Shown one piece after another: positions 26,033-39,095 of a stretch of 64,000 nucleotides of DNA. The first letter of the stretch is position 1, and each line of letters starts with the position of its first letter. The notes beneath the pieces are model-generated. The model was not told the origin of the DNA, did not search any database, and saw nothing but the letters and a program-made list of their open reading frames with translations. Location: positions 9,375,019 through 9,439,018 of the forward strand of contig CAVNZM010000003.1 in NCBI GenBank assembly GCA_963693365.1, in the 5' to 3' direction. The translations under genes and the position numbers were made by a program. Origin of the DNA: Amoebidium appalachense. Lineage: Eukaryota; Protista; Ichthyosporea.

Positions 26033-26528
26033 CATGCGTTGCTTACACATTATTGGTTTTTTCAATAACTACCCACAGAACAGCTTCTAGCACGAGAAAG
26101 TTACCACACAGTTTATGGGGGGGATGGGGAATGTGCCCCTGGAGTGCGAGGGTCACACGAAAAAAACACAACGTTGTAGCTCGTATAGAACCCCCCTTGT
26201 AGCATAGTATATGTACATATGTTACTTGCACATTATTGGTTTTTTCAATAACTACCCACAGAACAGCTTCTGGCACGAGAAATTTACCAAAAAGTTTATG
26301 GGGGGGATGGCGAGTGTGCCTCTGGAGTACGAGGGTCACCCGAAAAAAACACAACATTGTAGCCCGGATTGAAACCCCCTTTGTACCATATACATCATAT
26401 ATCAGGCAGCATGTGTTACTTTCGCGTTATTGGTTTCCTAGCACGAGATATTCAGCACACAGTTGGGGTTGTGGGGGCAGTGTACACCTACAATATCAGG
26501 GGTACCGCGTGGCAAAAACACCCCCCCA

Positions 26529-26561
<33 letters not shown>

Positions 26562-27650
26562 CACGCGTGCGATGGTGCACTAGTTATTACGTCAACTAGG
26601 CAGGGTATAGCATCAACGTTATTATATGTGCTGCTGAGTTTCTTTGGTTGTACACCCGTCACCAGTCAATTTATTGGTGTTGGCGCCCACCTATGACACC
26701 ACCTCGGAAGACTGGGGTCACGTGGAGGACACGTAACTATAGTCTGATAGTTGTGACTAAGGGCACCGCTAAGGGCACCAAGCTGATGCACGCGCGCGCG
26801 CGAGCCGAAATCTATTTTTATCTTTTCCCTAATCAGGCGCGGCGGTTACTAAACCGAACTATTGTGAGCAAATAGCAAATAGTGATTGGCTAAACCCAAT
26901 CCGGTTTGCAATTTTTTGTCCATTTAAGCCTGTACGCACGTTGTTTGCTCCATTTCTTTTCCCCCTTCCCGCAGGTCCGCAGTTCCGCAGGTCCCTTCCC
27001 GCAGGTCGCCTGGTCGCAGTTCCCTTCCCGCAGGTCGCTGGTCACAGGTCCCCTCCGCAGGTCGCGCGTTTCGACCATGCTGCATGCTGAAGCATCTTCG
27101 CCTAACGGCTGAAAGGCCGTTTGAAGGTTAGTTTTGTGTTGCCTGCTTTTGTGCATATGGCGTTTGTCTGTCTGGTCTGTGTCCGTGCCTGTGATTATAT
27201 CTGTGTCTGTGTCTGTGTCTGTGTGCGTGTGTGTTTATGTGTGTGTGTGTGCGTGCGTGTGCGTGTGTTCTGCTGGCTGCAGATGCACGTTGCCTTTTCA
27301 CGTTCATGAACCAGCGACTGTGGGCACTACTTTTCCTGTTAGCACTATAGCTATCATCCCCTCCACCAGTCGTTCAAGCTATTTTCTGCTTCTCTAGACT
27401 TCATAAGTTTGTGCTTTTGTCTTTCAGCACAACGTACGCGTGTTTCACATGTTAGCATTTAGTGTTATTCATTCATTCTAACCCCCCCCCCCCCCCCCCC
27501 CCCCCAAACACACACACACACTCACTCACTCACTTCCCCACCCACACATACAAAAAAACACACACACCAAAAGCCCCTCCCATCCCCCCCCCTCCCCCCT
27601 CCCCCCCCCTTCCAAAAAACTGTCAAATGCCTCCATGCCCACCAACACAG

Positions 27651-28555
27651 ATGTTCCAGGTTGCCCCTGTCAATGCCGCCGACCCCGACAAGTTGGCAGA
27701 CCAGGTTAGGTGCCGCAAGAAGACGTGGGAGGGGTGGTTGGTGGAGGTTCAAGTTGAGTGCAACAACCATCCCTGTGGCCACATGTACAGCGTCGATCCG
27801 GTGAGGGGCAACCCATGGGGCAACTCCGCCCCTCACCGCATCATGTGCATGTCCCCCATCAACGGCTCCTACATCAAGAACCGCCTCAGCAGCTTCAAGA
27901 CACTAAACGTTTGTGCCCATTCCCCCCCCCCCCCCCCCCCCCCCCCCACACACACACACCACACCCCAATCAAAGACGAAATCTTCTCATGCTGCTTTTT
28001 TTTAACATGCTTATTCATGTTTAATGTTGTTGTTCTTCCTTATTGGTTCATTCTTAATGCACTGTGACCCCCCCCCCCCCCCCCCCACACACACACTCAC
28101 TCCCACTCCCTCCCTCCCACCTCCCCCTGTTGTCCCACGTACGAATCACCAACACATAACCACACAAGACATCAAATCCTTATCACTCAGAGAAACGGTA
28201 CATGCATGGTTATCCAGTATCCATTCAGCTTCCCACTTCCTCAAGTCATTTCAGATTTTTCATTGTCGAATTAGGTTTTATTTGCTGCTAATGGAGAATA
28301 CCCCCTTTCCTCATCACCACATACACACATGCTTACGTGTACGTACACGCAACACACACACCCACACCCACACAGGAGTTTCAAAAGGCGTTGCCCGAGC
28401 TCTTCAGCTTCATGCTCCACACATTTGAGTGCGGACTGCGGGATCCAATGGCCCACAACTTGAAGTCTGCCACTCAGATTTCGTGGTCAGCTGTGAAGTA
28501 TGGAGCTGACATGCCTGACTACGAGGGTGGTGCTCGGCCATCAGAGATCAGCAAG
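27651..28555 (+). CDS. Two exons of an unidentified spliced gene inside the large TIR element
   Basis: Exons 27651-27908 (MFQVAPVNAADPDKL...SSFKTLN) and 28376-28555 (EFQKALPELFSFMLHTFECG...EISK) have AG/GT boundaries, join in phase 0 and show G/C-ending codon bias. Other exons were not resolved. Confidence 0.55.
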
Positions 28556-28589
28556 GTAAACAACTGCCCCCCCCCCCCCCCCCCCCCCC

Positions 28590-28735
28590 TTGCGTCCTCC
28601 CTGGGGATGGGCTCTGCTTATGACGCATACTGTGCACATGGCTGATGTTGCGTGCTTGAATGTTTGCCTTTGCATGTGTCCTGCACCATGCTTCTCATCG
28701 TGTATGCGTATTTCGTACCGTATTCTGCATTCAAA
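28590..28735 (+). mobile_element. Poly(C)-embedded repeat, short 3' fragment (subfamily of copy C)
   Basis: GATGGGCTCTGCTTATGACGCATACTGTG...TGTTTGCCTTTGCATGTGTCCTGCAC...GCATTCAAA-C(n), starting right after a C-run. Confidence 0.7.
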
Positions 28736-29506
28736 CCCCCCCCCCCCCCCCCCCCATCATTGTGTTTTAGCTCCCGTCCGAAAGACAACGTATGGATATC
28801 GAAATGATGATATTGATAAGTCGTATGTATGGGTTACGTGTCATCGTAGTGTTTTAGGATATCTCCTAAGCATGGGCAAGTATCATCCTATCATGTCATC
28901 TTTAGGTTTGGTATGGTAACATTGTGATAGCATTTTTCCCAGGTACATACATGCTCAGGCTAGCCAGAAAAGTTAAAAACACTCACACAATCTCCTTCTG
29001 TCCCAACCCAGTATGCAAAGACCTGGGAAAAGATCTGCAAGGTCCGGGAGAAGGCAGTCCTCAGCCTGTCAGCAGAAAGGCGATGTGGGTGGGAGGGTTG
29101 AGGATGATTAGAATGAGGAGGAATAGGGAAAGACCCCCCCCCCCCCCCCCCCGGGAGGAAAAAAAAAAAGAATTAATACTTAGTTTATGTCTCTTTTGGT
29201 GTAGTCCCGGCCTCTGCAGGGGGGAGATAGGGGGGAGATGTAGACTTCGTATTTTATTTGTGTGATGATGTTTGTTTTGTTTTGTTTGTTTGTTTGTTGG
29301 TTTGTTTAGTTTGTTCGGTGAAAGCTGGACTCCTGTGGAGTCTAACAGAGTGAAATTGTCTCTACTCCTGTGGAGTGAGACTTAGAAATTTTTAAACATG
29401 AACAACTTGTGCGGTCTCTGCTCCAGTGGAGCGAGACATAAAGGAACAACAGTCTTAATGGTATCTCGTGTACAAATTGTGAAAAAGTTAGAAAGGTAAG
29501 AAGGAA

Positions 29507-29538
<32 letters not shown>

Positions 29539-30029
29539 GGGAGGGAGGGGGGGCACAACGGTGGTGGTTACTTTTCGTATTATGATATTACGACAGCTCG
29601 TAATCGTATATTACGATATTCCGTAATATTGTATTTAGTTAGTCATGGTATACTCGTAACATATTATTTGGCTATGCATAGGATATCTTATGGATGGGCA
29701 AAGAGCTGTCGTAATGATGTATACACGACATGCTATGTATATACATACGAGTGGTGTACGGGCTCTTATGGAAATGTCTACGACGGTAATATGGGGGTCG
29801 TAATGTACCCCAGGACCAGCCATATGTATATCATATGTATATGGTTGGTAATTATTCGTAAAATACATCGATGTATATCATATGTCATGGGTTACGATGG
29901 TATTAAGCCGCTCCTAAACATATACTTAAGATATCCAACGGGATGGGTTTGGATACTCGGATGGTGAAGATTACGATGGGTTTCCGACCCCTCGTAACGC
30001 TCTCGTATGTATGTTCTATGTATAGTCGT

Positions 30030-30215
30030 ATGTATATACATAGGTTATACATTGGATATACATAGGTTATCCTATGTATAGTGCAATGTATATACATTGG
30101 ATATCTTATGTACAGTGCAATGTATATACATTGGATATCCTATGCATAGTGCAATGTATATACATTGGATATCCTATGTATAGTGCAATGTATATACATC
30201 GGATATACATAGGAT
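30030..30215. repeat. 34-bp tandem repeat with palindromic core (right subterminal array)
   Basis: The unit TATAGTGCAATGTATATACATTGGATATCCTATG recurs with GTGCAATG at ~30081, 30115, 30149 and 30184. It contains the palindrome CAATGTATATACATTG. Confidence 0.85.
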
Positions 30216-30790
30216 ATACATATGACATACGCTTTACGACATCCATAAACCCTATGGATGTCGTAAAGAGGGTTGATGGATGTCGTAAAGCGTATATCCA
30301 ATGTATATACATAAGACGCTCCGTTAACCCCATGGAACTCTTTACACTATCGTAAAGAGGTCGTGCAACCACTCCATATGAACTCGCGGTGTGCTTTACG
30401 ATGGGTGACAGGTTTACGCCATCGGAGATGGCATTACGAGGGGTATACGATCCCCGGTGGAGATTGCTGATGTGTGCCTGTGTACACTTTGTGCGCGTGC
30501 GTGTGTATATGTGTTTGTGTGTGTGTGCACATATTGCGTATACGTAGGCCACACTAGTGGGTCACTGGGTACCGGGCCGGACGGTGCTGGGCTGGGATGG
30601 CGAGAAATTTCGAAAGAAATTTAGGTAGCTTTCGAGAAAGACGGGAAATTTCTTGGAAAGATAGGTACCTGGTGGGAACTTCGGATTTTGGGAAAGATAG
30701 GTTCATTTTTCAAGTCCGAGTTGGGAGCCGGACCGATCGTTCCCGGGCACTTTTCACAGTTATTTCAACTCTTCGGCTGTTTTTGGTGCT

Positions 30791-32803
30791 ATACGGGCGT
30801 TAAAACCCCGCAAGGCGTGCGGGCCGGATGCTCTTCCTCCCGTGCTTTACAAGGTTCTTTCTCTCGTGCTTCCGCCCCGTAATCGTGCAGAGTCCCCCCC
30901 CGCCCCCGCCTTTTGCTGTCCTTCTTAGTGAGTTTTTTTTCGGCTTTTTTCGAACTCGGGTTTATTCCAAATTCGTGGCTTGACACAATCGTTACGCCCG
31001 TTCGTTCGTAAGAAGGTATCGCAGGGGGTCATTAACGACTTTCGTCCCGTCACACTTACCAACGTTTTTCGTCGGCTCTTCGAGGGTTGCATGCTTCGCG
31101 CGTTTAACACCGACGATTCTGTAAACGCCGTGTTCCGTCTTTCTTCCCTTCAAGGGGGCTTTCGTCATGCCTATTCGTGTTCAATAGTATAGCTCACAGC
31201 CTGTTACTCCATGAATCCATTACTTCTGGCTCTCCCGGCCGCACGTTGTCTTCATCGACCTTAAGAACGCCTACGACACCGTATCCACTGGTTTGTTATG
31301 GCATAAGCTGGTTATGCGGGGCTAACATTACCAGCCCCCTTTGGCCGTCTTCGGCAAGCGCTGTTCGATACCACTCGCGGACGAGCGGCGGTCAATGGAA
31401 CATTAACACCCGGTTTTCCGGAGTCCCCGTTCACGAGGTCTTCTGCAGGGATCCCTCCTGAGTCCGTTGTTGTTTGACGTTTTCATTGACGATTTAGCCT
31501 GCGCCCTCGAACCCTTTGGCCAACTGCACACCCGCCGTGTACCGGGTCTCCTTTTTGCGGACGACATTGTTCTTTGTTCCTTAACCGAGATGTCATGCAC
31601 CAGATGCTTCGTCAGGTGGATCGATATCAATGGTGCACCGAGAATCTCATGACAGTCGGAATTGCAAAGTGTGCTACTTTTTCGAAAAACGCTTCCTTTC
31701 GATTGGCCGGTCTTCCTATTCCTGTTCAGAGCACCTATGACTATTAAATTTTGGGTATTCCTTTTACTGCACGGGGTATTGATTTTCCGCAAGCTCCTCA
31801 CGGCACGGATCGCTCGTGCGAAGGGTAAGCTTCACATCGCGTCAAATATGTTTCAACGGGAGTCTGTGATCCATCCTGCGAACCTTCTTCTCTACTATAA
31901 AACTTTTTTACGGCCGACTTTCGAATATGGACTTCTGCTATTGGCCTGCGCCCTACCTCGCGAGGCGGCCGTGGCGCTGAAAGAGTTCGACGATTTTCAG
32001 GGTACTGCGCTGCGCACTTTGTTTCATACTCGGTTTGTGCCTCCCTTAATCAGTATGTTTGGATTGTCGTCTGCTGTTTGTCGTATGGAGGAATTGTCTC
32101 TTCGGTTTTGTTTTCATTTAGTTAGGATACCTGATGGTCACCCTCTTCAAAGTTTATGCTTTCTTTCCCCCCCCCCCTCCATCCCTCTTCCCCCCCGATT
32201 CACCAACGCTACTTCTGAATGTCCTCAGCCTACTCTCCGTTAACCTGATTCTTCCTCTCGCTATCTCACTCCCTCTTTCTTTTCTCTTCCTGTTTTTTCT
32301 GCCTTTAATTTCGCGTTATTACCATACGCAGTATACGTTTCTTTCTCGTTCTGATAGAGAAATCAAAGGTAAAACTCAGTCGGCATGTGTTATGTTCAGT
32401 TAGGCAACACCGTATGTATATTATCGCTTTTTGGGAGCTTTGGCAGGATATATTTCTCCTGCTGTACGTATGGATACCACCTTAGTAGATAAGCCTGTAT
32501 GGTGCTCTGATGTTGATGTTGCCTGGGAAGTTGTGCAGTGGCGTTGTATTTCTTGTTTTCATCGCCGCTGGTGCCACTTTTGTGCTGAACTTTTTAATCG
32601 CAAGCATGTTGATAGGTGTGAGTCTTTATGTCGCGTTTTACCTCTTTCCCTACGGGTGTCTGCTACACTGGCTGGCAATGTGACCACTTTAGACTTTTTG
32701 TTGAATTCTGTTGGTCGTCACATTGAGTATATAAAATTTTCACACAGTGTTCAGGTATCTGAGTCAGTATGCACTTGTTACTGGAAAACTCGTGAAGTTT
32801 TTA
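30791..32803 (+). mobile_element. Decayed 5'-truncated non-LTR retrotransposon (RT), copy 1
   Basis: Frameshifted RT motifs GPDALPPVLYK, DFRPVTLTNVFRRLFE, QGGFR, FIDLKNAYDTV, SPLLFDVFIDDL and LLFADD. C-terminal CHFC..H..C knuckle. Confidence 0.88.
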
Positions 32804-32807
32804 CCTC

Positions 32808-34496
32808 CACACGTTGTCTTCATCGACCTTAAGAACGCCTACGACACCGTAACCACTGGTTTGTTATGGCATAAGCTGGCTACGCGGGGCTTACCAGCCC
32901 CCTTTGGCCGTCTTCTGCAAGTGTTGTTCGATACCACTCGCGGACGAGCGGCGGTCAATGGAACATTAACACCCGGTTTTCCCGTTCCCGGGGTCTTCTG
33001 CAGGGGTCCCTCCTGAGTCCGTTGTTGTTTGACGTTTTCATTGACGATTTAGCCTGCGCCCTCGAACCCTTTGGCCAACTGCATACCCGCCGTGTACCGG
33101 GTCTCCTTTTTGCGGACGATATTGTTCTTTGTTCCTTAACCGAAGATGTCATGCACCAGATGCTTCGTCAGGTGGATCAATGGTGCACCGAGAATCTCAT
33201 GACAGTCGGAATTGCAAAGTGTGCTACGTTTTCGAAGAACACTTCCTTTCGATTGGCCGGTCTTCCTATTCCTGTTCAGAGCACCTATGACTATTTGGGT
33301 ATTCCTTTTACTGCACGGGGTATTGATTTCCGCAAGCTCCTCACGGCACGGATCGCTCGTGCGAAGGGTAAGCTTCACATCGTGTCAAATATGTTTCAAC
33401 AGGAGTCTGTGATCCATCCTGCGAACCTTCTTCTCTACTATAAAACTTTTTACGGCCGACTTTCGAATATGGACTTCCGCTATTGGCCTGCGCCCCACCT
33501 CGCGAGGCGGCAATGGCGCTGAACGAGTTCGACGATTTTCAGGGTACTGCCACGCTGCGCACTTTGTTTCGTACTCGGTTTGTGCCTCCCTTAATCAGTA
33601 TGTTTGGATTGTCGTCTGCTGTTTGTCGTATGGAGGAATTGTCTCTTCGTTTTTGTTTTCATTTAGTTAGGCTACCTGATGGTCACCCTCTTTATGCTTT
33701 CTTTCCCCCCCCTCCCTCCATCCCTCTTTTCCCCCGATTCACCAACGCTACTTCTGAATGTCCTCAGCCTACCCTCTTTCCACCTGCTTCTTCCTCTCGC
33801 TATCTCACTCCCTCTTTCTTTTCTCTTCCTGTTTTTTCTGCCTTTTCGCGTTATTACCATACGCAGTATAAGTTTCTTTCTCGTTCTGATAGAGAAATCA
33901 AACTTTAAGGTAAAACTCAGTCGGCATGTGTTATGTTCCTTAAGGCAACACCGTACTGATCATTATCGCTTTTTAGGAGCTTTGGCAGGATACATTTCTC
34001 CTGCTGTACGTATGGATACCACCCTAGTAGATAAGTCTGTATGGTGCTCTGATGTTGATATCGCCTGGGAAGTTGTGCAGTGGCGCTGTAGCTCTTGTTT
34101 TCGACGCCGCTGGTGCCACTTTTGTGCTGACCTTTTTAATCGCAAGCATGTTGATAGGTGTGAATTTTTATGTCGCGTTTTACCTCTTTCCCTACGGGTG
34201 TCTGCTACACTAGCTGGCAATGTGAACACTTTAGAGACTTTTTGTTGAATTCTGTTGGTCGTCACATTGAGTATTTATATGATTTTCACACAGTGTTCAG
34301 GTATCTCAGTATGCACTTGTTACTGGATAACTCGTGAAGTTTTTATTGTCTTCTCAGTATGCCGTGCATACTTGCATATCTTTCCGTCGAATAAATCCAG
34401 TCAAAAGAAAAAAAAAAAAAGTTTTTACTGTCTTCTCAGTATGCCGTGCATACTTGCATATCTTTCCGTCGAATAAATCCAGTCAAAAGAAAAAAA
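32808..34496 (+). mobile_element. Decayed non-LTR retrotransposon, tandem copy 2, with A-tail and duplicated 3' end
   Basis: Restarts at CACGTTGTCTTCATCGACC (equivalent to 31242). Carries LLFADDIVL and YDYLGIPF, ends AATAAATCCAGTCAAAAG-A(n) at ~34420, and its last ~75 bp repeat to 34496. Confidence 0.88.
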
Positions 34497-36446
34497 GGTT
34501 TACACACTTTTTATTGCAAACCCTCTTTCAAAGATAGGCTTTTTTTTGAGATAGATTTACATACCCTTGCTCCAGAGTCCAGTGTTCGTAGATTGGCTTA
34601 GACAGGAATTCACGTGAATACCATCGCTTCGTAAGAGGAAGTGATTGGTCGATGCGACGCCAGTATCCGCCAATAGCAGTAGGTGTCAGTTTTGATTGGT
34701 GTACATTCGTGCTACCTCGATAATGTCGTTAGTGATGATTGTGATAATGCTTGGGAACCCGCGCCACAGTGACATATGCCGCCCTGGCACCTGCTATTAG
34801 GTTGCTACTGTGTTCAAATTTCAAGAAGATATATGAACGTTTCTGCTATGGTAACGTATCTTTTCGTTAGCTGACCAGTGCTGCGCATCATCATGCGCAC
34901 AAGTTTATATCGACGACACGTCAACTTCTAACCGGAGAGCCAGGAGGACACCCAGAATCCTACGAGGATACTAAGAGATTTTCGAGGTATGATCTGACAG
35001 CACCAGCCTGCTGTGTGGCCCGCGCGCCGCACACCGCGCGCTCATCGAGCTCAGTTCACTTCCGAAGTCACCTTTCGACTCTTTCACAAAGTTTGGTCAC
35101 GGTATAATTGGACAGACATAATCAAACCACAAAAACAACAAAGGGCAGTGCATAAAGACACTAGTTTATTTAAAACGTGGGACCATTCTGTAAGCATAAT
35201 ACGCAACTGGGCTGTTTGAATAGGTGCAAAAAGTTGTTTTTCTGTTTCTCCGGTTGCAACAACAACAGCTCGCCTGGTCATTGAATTTCCGGCAATACTC
35301 GGTCAAGACGGAGCCTCAAGTTTCCCACGAACAAAGAAAAATGGTACGCGTTTTCTTGAAAATACCCTACTGAAAATCAAAATAGGAGGGTGTTTTTTCT
35401 TTTTTTGCTTTGTGTGTAATATATAAGAGGTGGCTTGTTTTCATTCACTGCGTTGCCTCTGTCACCTCTAATTGTATCTGAAGTTCGTGTGTTTTTCTCG
35501 CTCTTTGACAGGTTTAAGAGAGAAGAAGTGCGAGGTAGAGAAAAAGCCTCTCTGCTCCTTCTGTATTATGGCCCAGTTTCATAGGTTTTTCGTGTTATAT
35601 CAATGGTTCCTTATTTCTTTTTTTTGGTAACTTGTGTTTCTTCGTTTCCCCCGCCCTGGATTTTGCTGTTCTCAACAGGTACCTTCATTATATAAATGCG
35701 GGGTTTTGCTATACGTGGGGAAAAGTCAAGCGTTAACCAGGCTTGTATGTAACACGTGTAGTTGCATAAACTCTTTGTATTGTGTTTTCACAAAGCTTTT
35801 GTGAAGCTGGTTTTATAAGAACATCCATTATGCAGGCATGTCAAAAAGCAAACTAATGACCTTTCCCATAAATCCCGCTGAAATAGCTCTGTGAAGAACA
35901 TAACATATCGGGTGTGACCCCCTGTACCATGTCCGCCGCTTCATAACAAATCGAAAAGAAATCCTGGTTTTTATTATTTTTTCTTGAGGCTTGCAGTATT
36001 GTTATTCAAATCTATTCTTTACGACCCCTCTTCCCCCCTTCCCTCCCCCCCCCCCCCCCCCCCCCCCTCCCCCCTCCCTAGGCTGCTTGAGAATTTCGCT
36101 GGCACTCTTGTTCATCCCCTCCCCCCCCCTCCCCCCCCCCCCCCACCCACCCCTCCCCTCCCCCCCCCCCCCCCCCCCCACCACCACCACCACCACCAAA
36201 CCCCACACACACCCTTTCCCCCTCTCCCCATCCACTCCCCCCACCCCCCCACCCCCAGACCTCCCACCCCCACTAGGTCTTATTATTATTTAGCTGGTCC
36301 CCTCCCTCCCTTGCCAAGCTATCTATCACCTTGCTTGATTCAAGTGTTTAGATGCTCTTTTACCATTTCTCAATATTGGCGTTCCAGTGTTCCCCGTGGG
36401 AACCCCCCCCCCCCCCCCCCTGCTCCCCTCCCCCCTTTCTTTCCCC

Positions 36447-36794
36447 CTGGGGGGCTTCCTAGAAGCCCCGTCTCCTGAGTTCCTATCTATATTTTTCTTG
36501 CTTCTGCTTACTGCTGCAACTTTAACCCCCGGCCTTTCTCACTGCCCTTGCATGCATAAGCAACCCTGCTCGTCTCTGATCAAGACGGGCGACCTTCCCA
36601 TGTTCAAGTAAACAGTATCTGAGTTGGGTTTCGTTAACGAGGTGAATAGGTCGAAACTCGGGTACTGTGGATGACGTGGGCCCCCCCTGAGGATGGGCTC
36701 TGCTTATTATGCATACTCTTGATGCATGGCTTGCATTCTGCATCGTGTTATCCGTTTGTTCTTGTGTACGTCGTACTTTTTTGACGCATTTAAA
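36447..36794 (+). mobile_element. Poly(C)-embedded structured repeat, copy E
   Basis: Near-identical to 3829-4175, more 5'-truncated, and ends GACGCATTTAAA-CCC. Confidence 0.75.
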
Positions 36795-36824
36795 CCCTCC
36801 CTCCCCCCTCCTCACTTGCAGACT

Positions 36825-36859
<35 letters not shown>

Positions 36860-37558
36860 CACCCCCCATTGTTCTCTCTCTTCCTTCCCTCCTGTCCTTC
36901 CTTACATCTTTTGCACGGTCTGCTCCTTTCCCTTCTCTTGCCCCCCCCCCCCCCCCCCCCGGGTCCCCTGGGGACGCCTCCCTCTCCTCTAGAGCTCCCA
37001 GAGGGACCCCCTCCCCCCTCCCCCCCCCCTCCCCCTCCCCTCCCCCCCCCCCCCCCCCCCGAAAGAAATATAGAAAGAAAAGTTAAACACAGACACACAG
37101 GCTCACTCCCTCCCCTCCCCCCCCTCCCCCCCCCCCCCTCCCCCCCCCCCCCCCCCCCCCCTCCGGCCCTCCCCCCCCCTTCGGCGGGCGCCCCTGACTC
37201 GTCGCTCCTATCAACACACTCTTTTCGCCCACATCCCCCCCCCCATCCCCACCCCCTTCCCCCGCTGTCCCCCGATTTCCCTACTTCCTTCTGGTGCCTT
37301 GGCATGTTTCCCTCCATCTAATCTCAAAGATCTTCCTATCAGTGTGTACCTCCTGTACTTCAGAAAAATCATCCCTCCCTTCCCTCCCCCCACCCCCTCC
37401 CCCCCACCCCACCCCCCCTTCTCCTCCTCCCCTCTTACTCCCCTCTAGTGATTATCCCCCTTCGTCCTCTTTCCCCCAGATATGGACCATTGTCCAAATC
37501 CCTCCCTGCCACCACATAACCTAAAACACACACTCTCTGTCGCCAACAAGACTTAAAG

Positions 37559-37596
<38 letters not shown>

Positions 37597-37799
37597 GGGG
37601 GGGAGAAGAGGGAGCGAGGGAGGGGTGGGGGGATAGGGTGTGTGCGGGGGGAACCCCTAACTATTGAATCGGCATTTTCCAAGTTTTTCCAAAGAAAGAT
37701 TAATGAATATCTGGGTAAAAATCAACCAATGCGCACATAGCAAAGAGAAAACATGGACGCTGATTTGAACCTACACAGGTGGCTGAGTGTGAAACGAAG

Positions 37800-38127
37800 A
37801 TGGGTGGGTTGGCCGTGAGGTTGAAGGAGGAGACACACGTGGAGCACAGGCAGGCGGAGCGCAGCGCGTTTGTGAGGTGTGTGTGTGTGTATACGTGTGT
37901 GTGTGTGTCTGTGTGTGTGTGCGCGATCGCGCGCGCGCGTGCGTGCGTGCGTGCGTGCGTACGTGCGTGCGTGCGTGTGTGTGTGTGTGCATTTTGCGTG
38001 TCATGCATGTGCGTGTGTCCATTTTTAAGATACGCATTATGTGTGCATGAGCTTGTGTATAGCTGTTCTGCCCAAATACAGTGGCTGCTTCTCCTTCCTG
38101 TTCTCTCCTTTCAGCACTCTGTTCCCC

Positions 38128-38164
<37 letters not shown>

Positions 38165-39017
38165 CCTCCCTCCCTCCCCTCCTCCCTCCCATTCCCATCC
38201 CCCCCCCGCCTCTCTCCCATCCCGCCCCCCGCTCTCCCATATCTCCCCCCCCCCCCCCTCCCCCCACCTCCCTCTTTTATATCCCCCCCTCCCACCTTCC
38301 CCCCCCCCCCCCCCCCCACAAACACACACACACACACAAACACACACCTACCCCCCCCCCTCCCCGCCCGCCCGAACCCCCTCTTGCCGCCATCCTCTCC
38401 CGTCCTCCCCCACCTTCCTCCCCCCACCCCCCCCTCTCCCCCCAACCCCTTGCTTCTCAACCCCCGCCCCCCATTTCTCCCCCTCTCCCCCCCTCCCCCC
38501 TTCCACCTTTCCCCCATCCTCTCTACCCCACCCACTCGCTACAACTTATCACCTCCCTACCCCCCCTTCTATAACCTATTATGTCTCCTTGCCTATGCCC
38601 CTTGGTGGAACACCATGCTCCGTTTCTTTGCTTTTCTCTCACCTTCCATTGACTCCTGCTTGTCCCCCTATACTCTGCCAATTCACTAATGCAAGCCAAA
38701 ACTACCCCCCCCCCCCCCCCCTTTTTTCCCTTCTGCATTTTACCAAAGGCCCTAAGATATCACTTCCCTTCTTCCAACCATCCCCCTCCCTCCTCCTCCC
38801 CCCCCCTCCCCCCCTCCCACCCACCACTACCCAAAAACTCACCCCTTCCCCTCCTCCCCCCGTTCCCTTCTCTGCGCTCTTCCCTTGGGCATTTGCTTGC
38901 TTGCCCCCCCCCCCCCTCCCCCCCCCCCCCCCCCTCCCTCCCCCCCTTTCGATTGTCACAAACCACTCACTCTACGTTGATCGCCACACCTTTGTTATAT
39001 ACACACCCGCACACACA

Positions 39018-39095
<78 letters not shown>

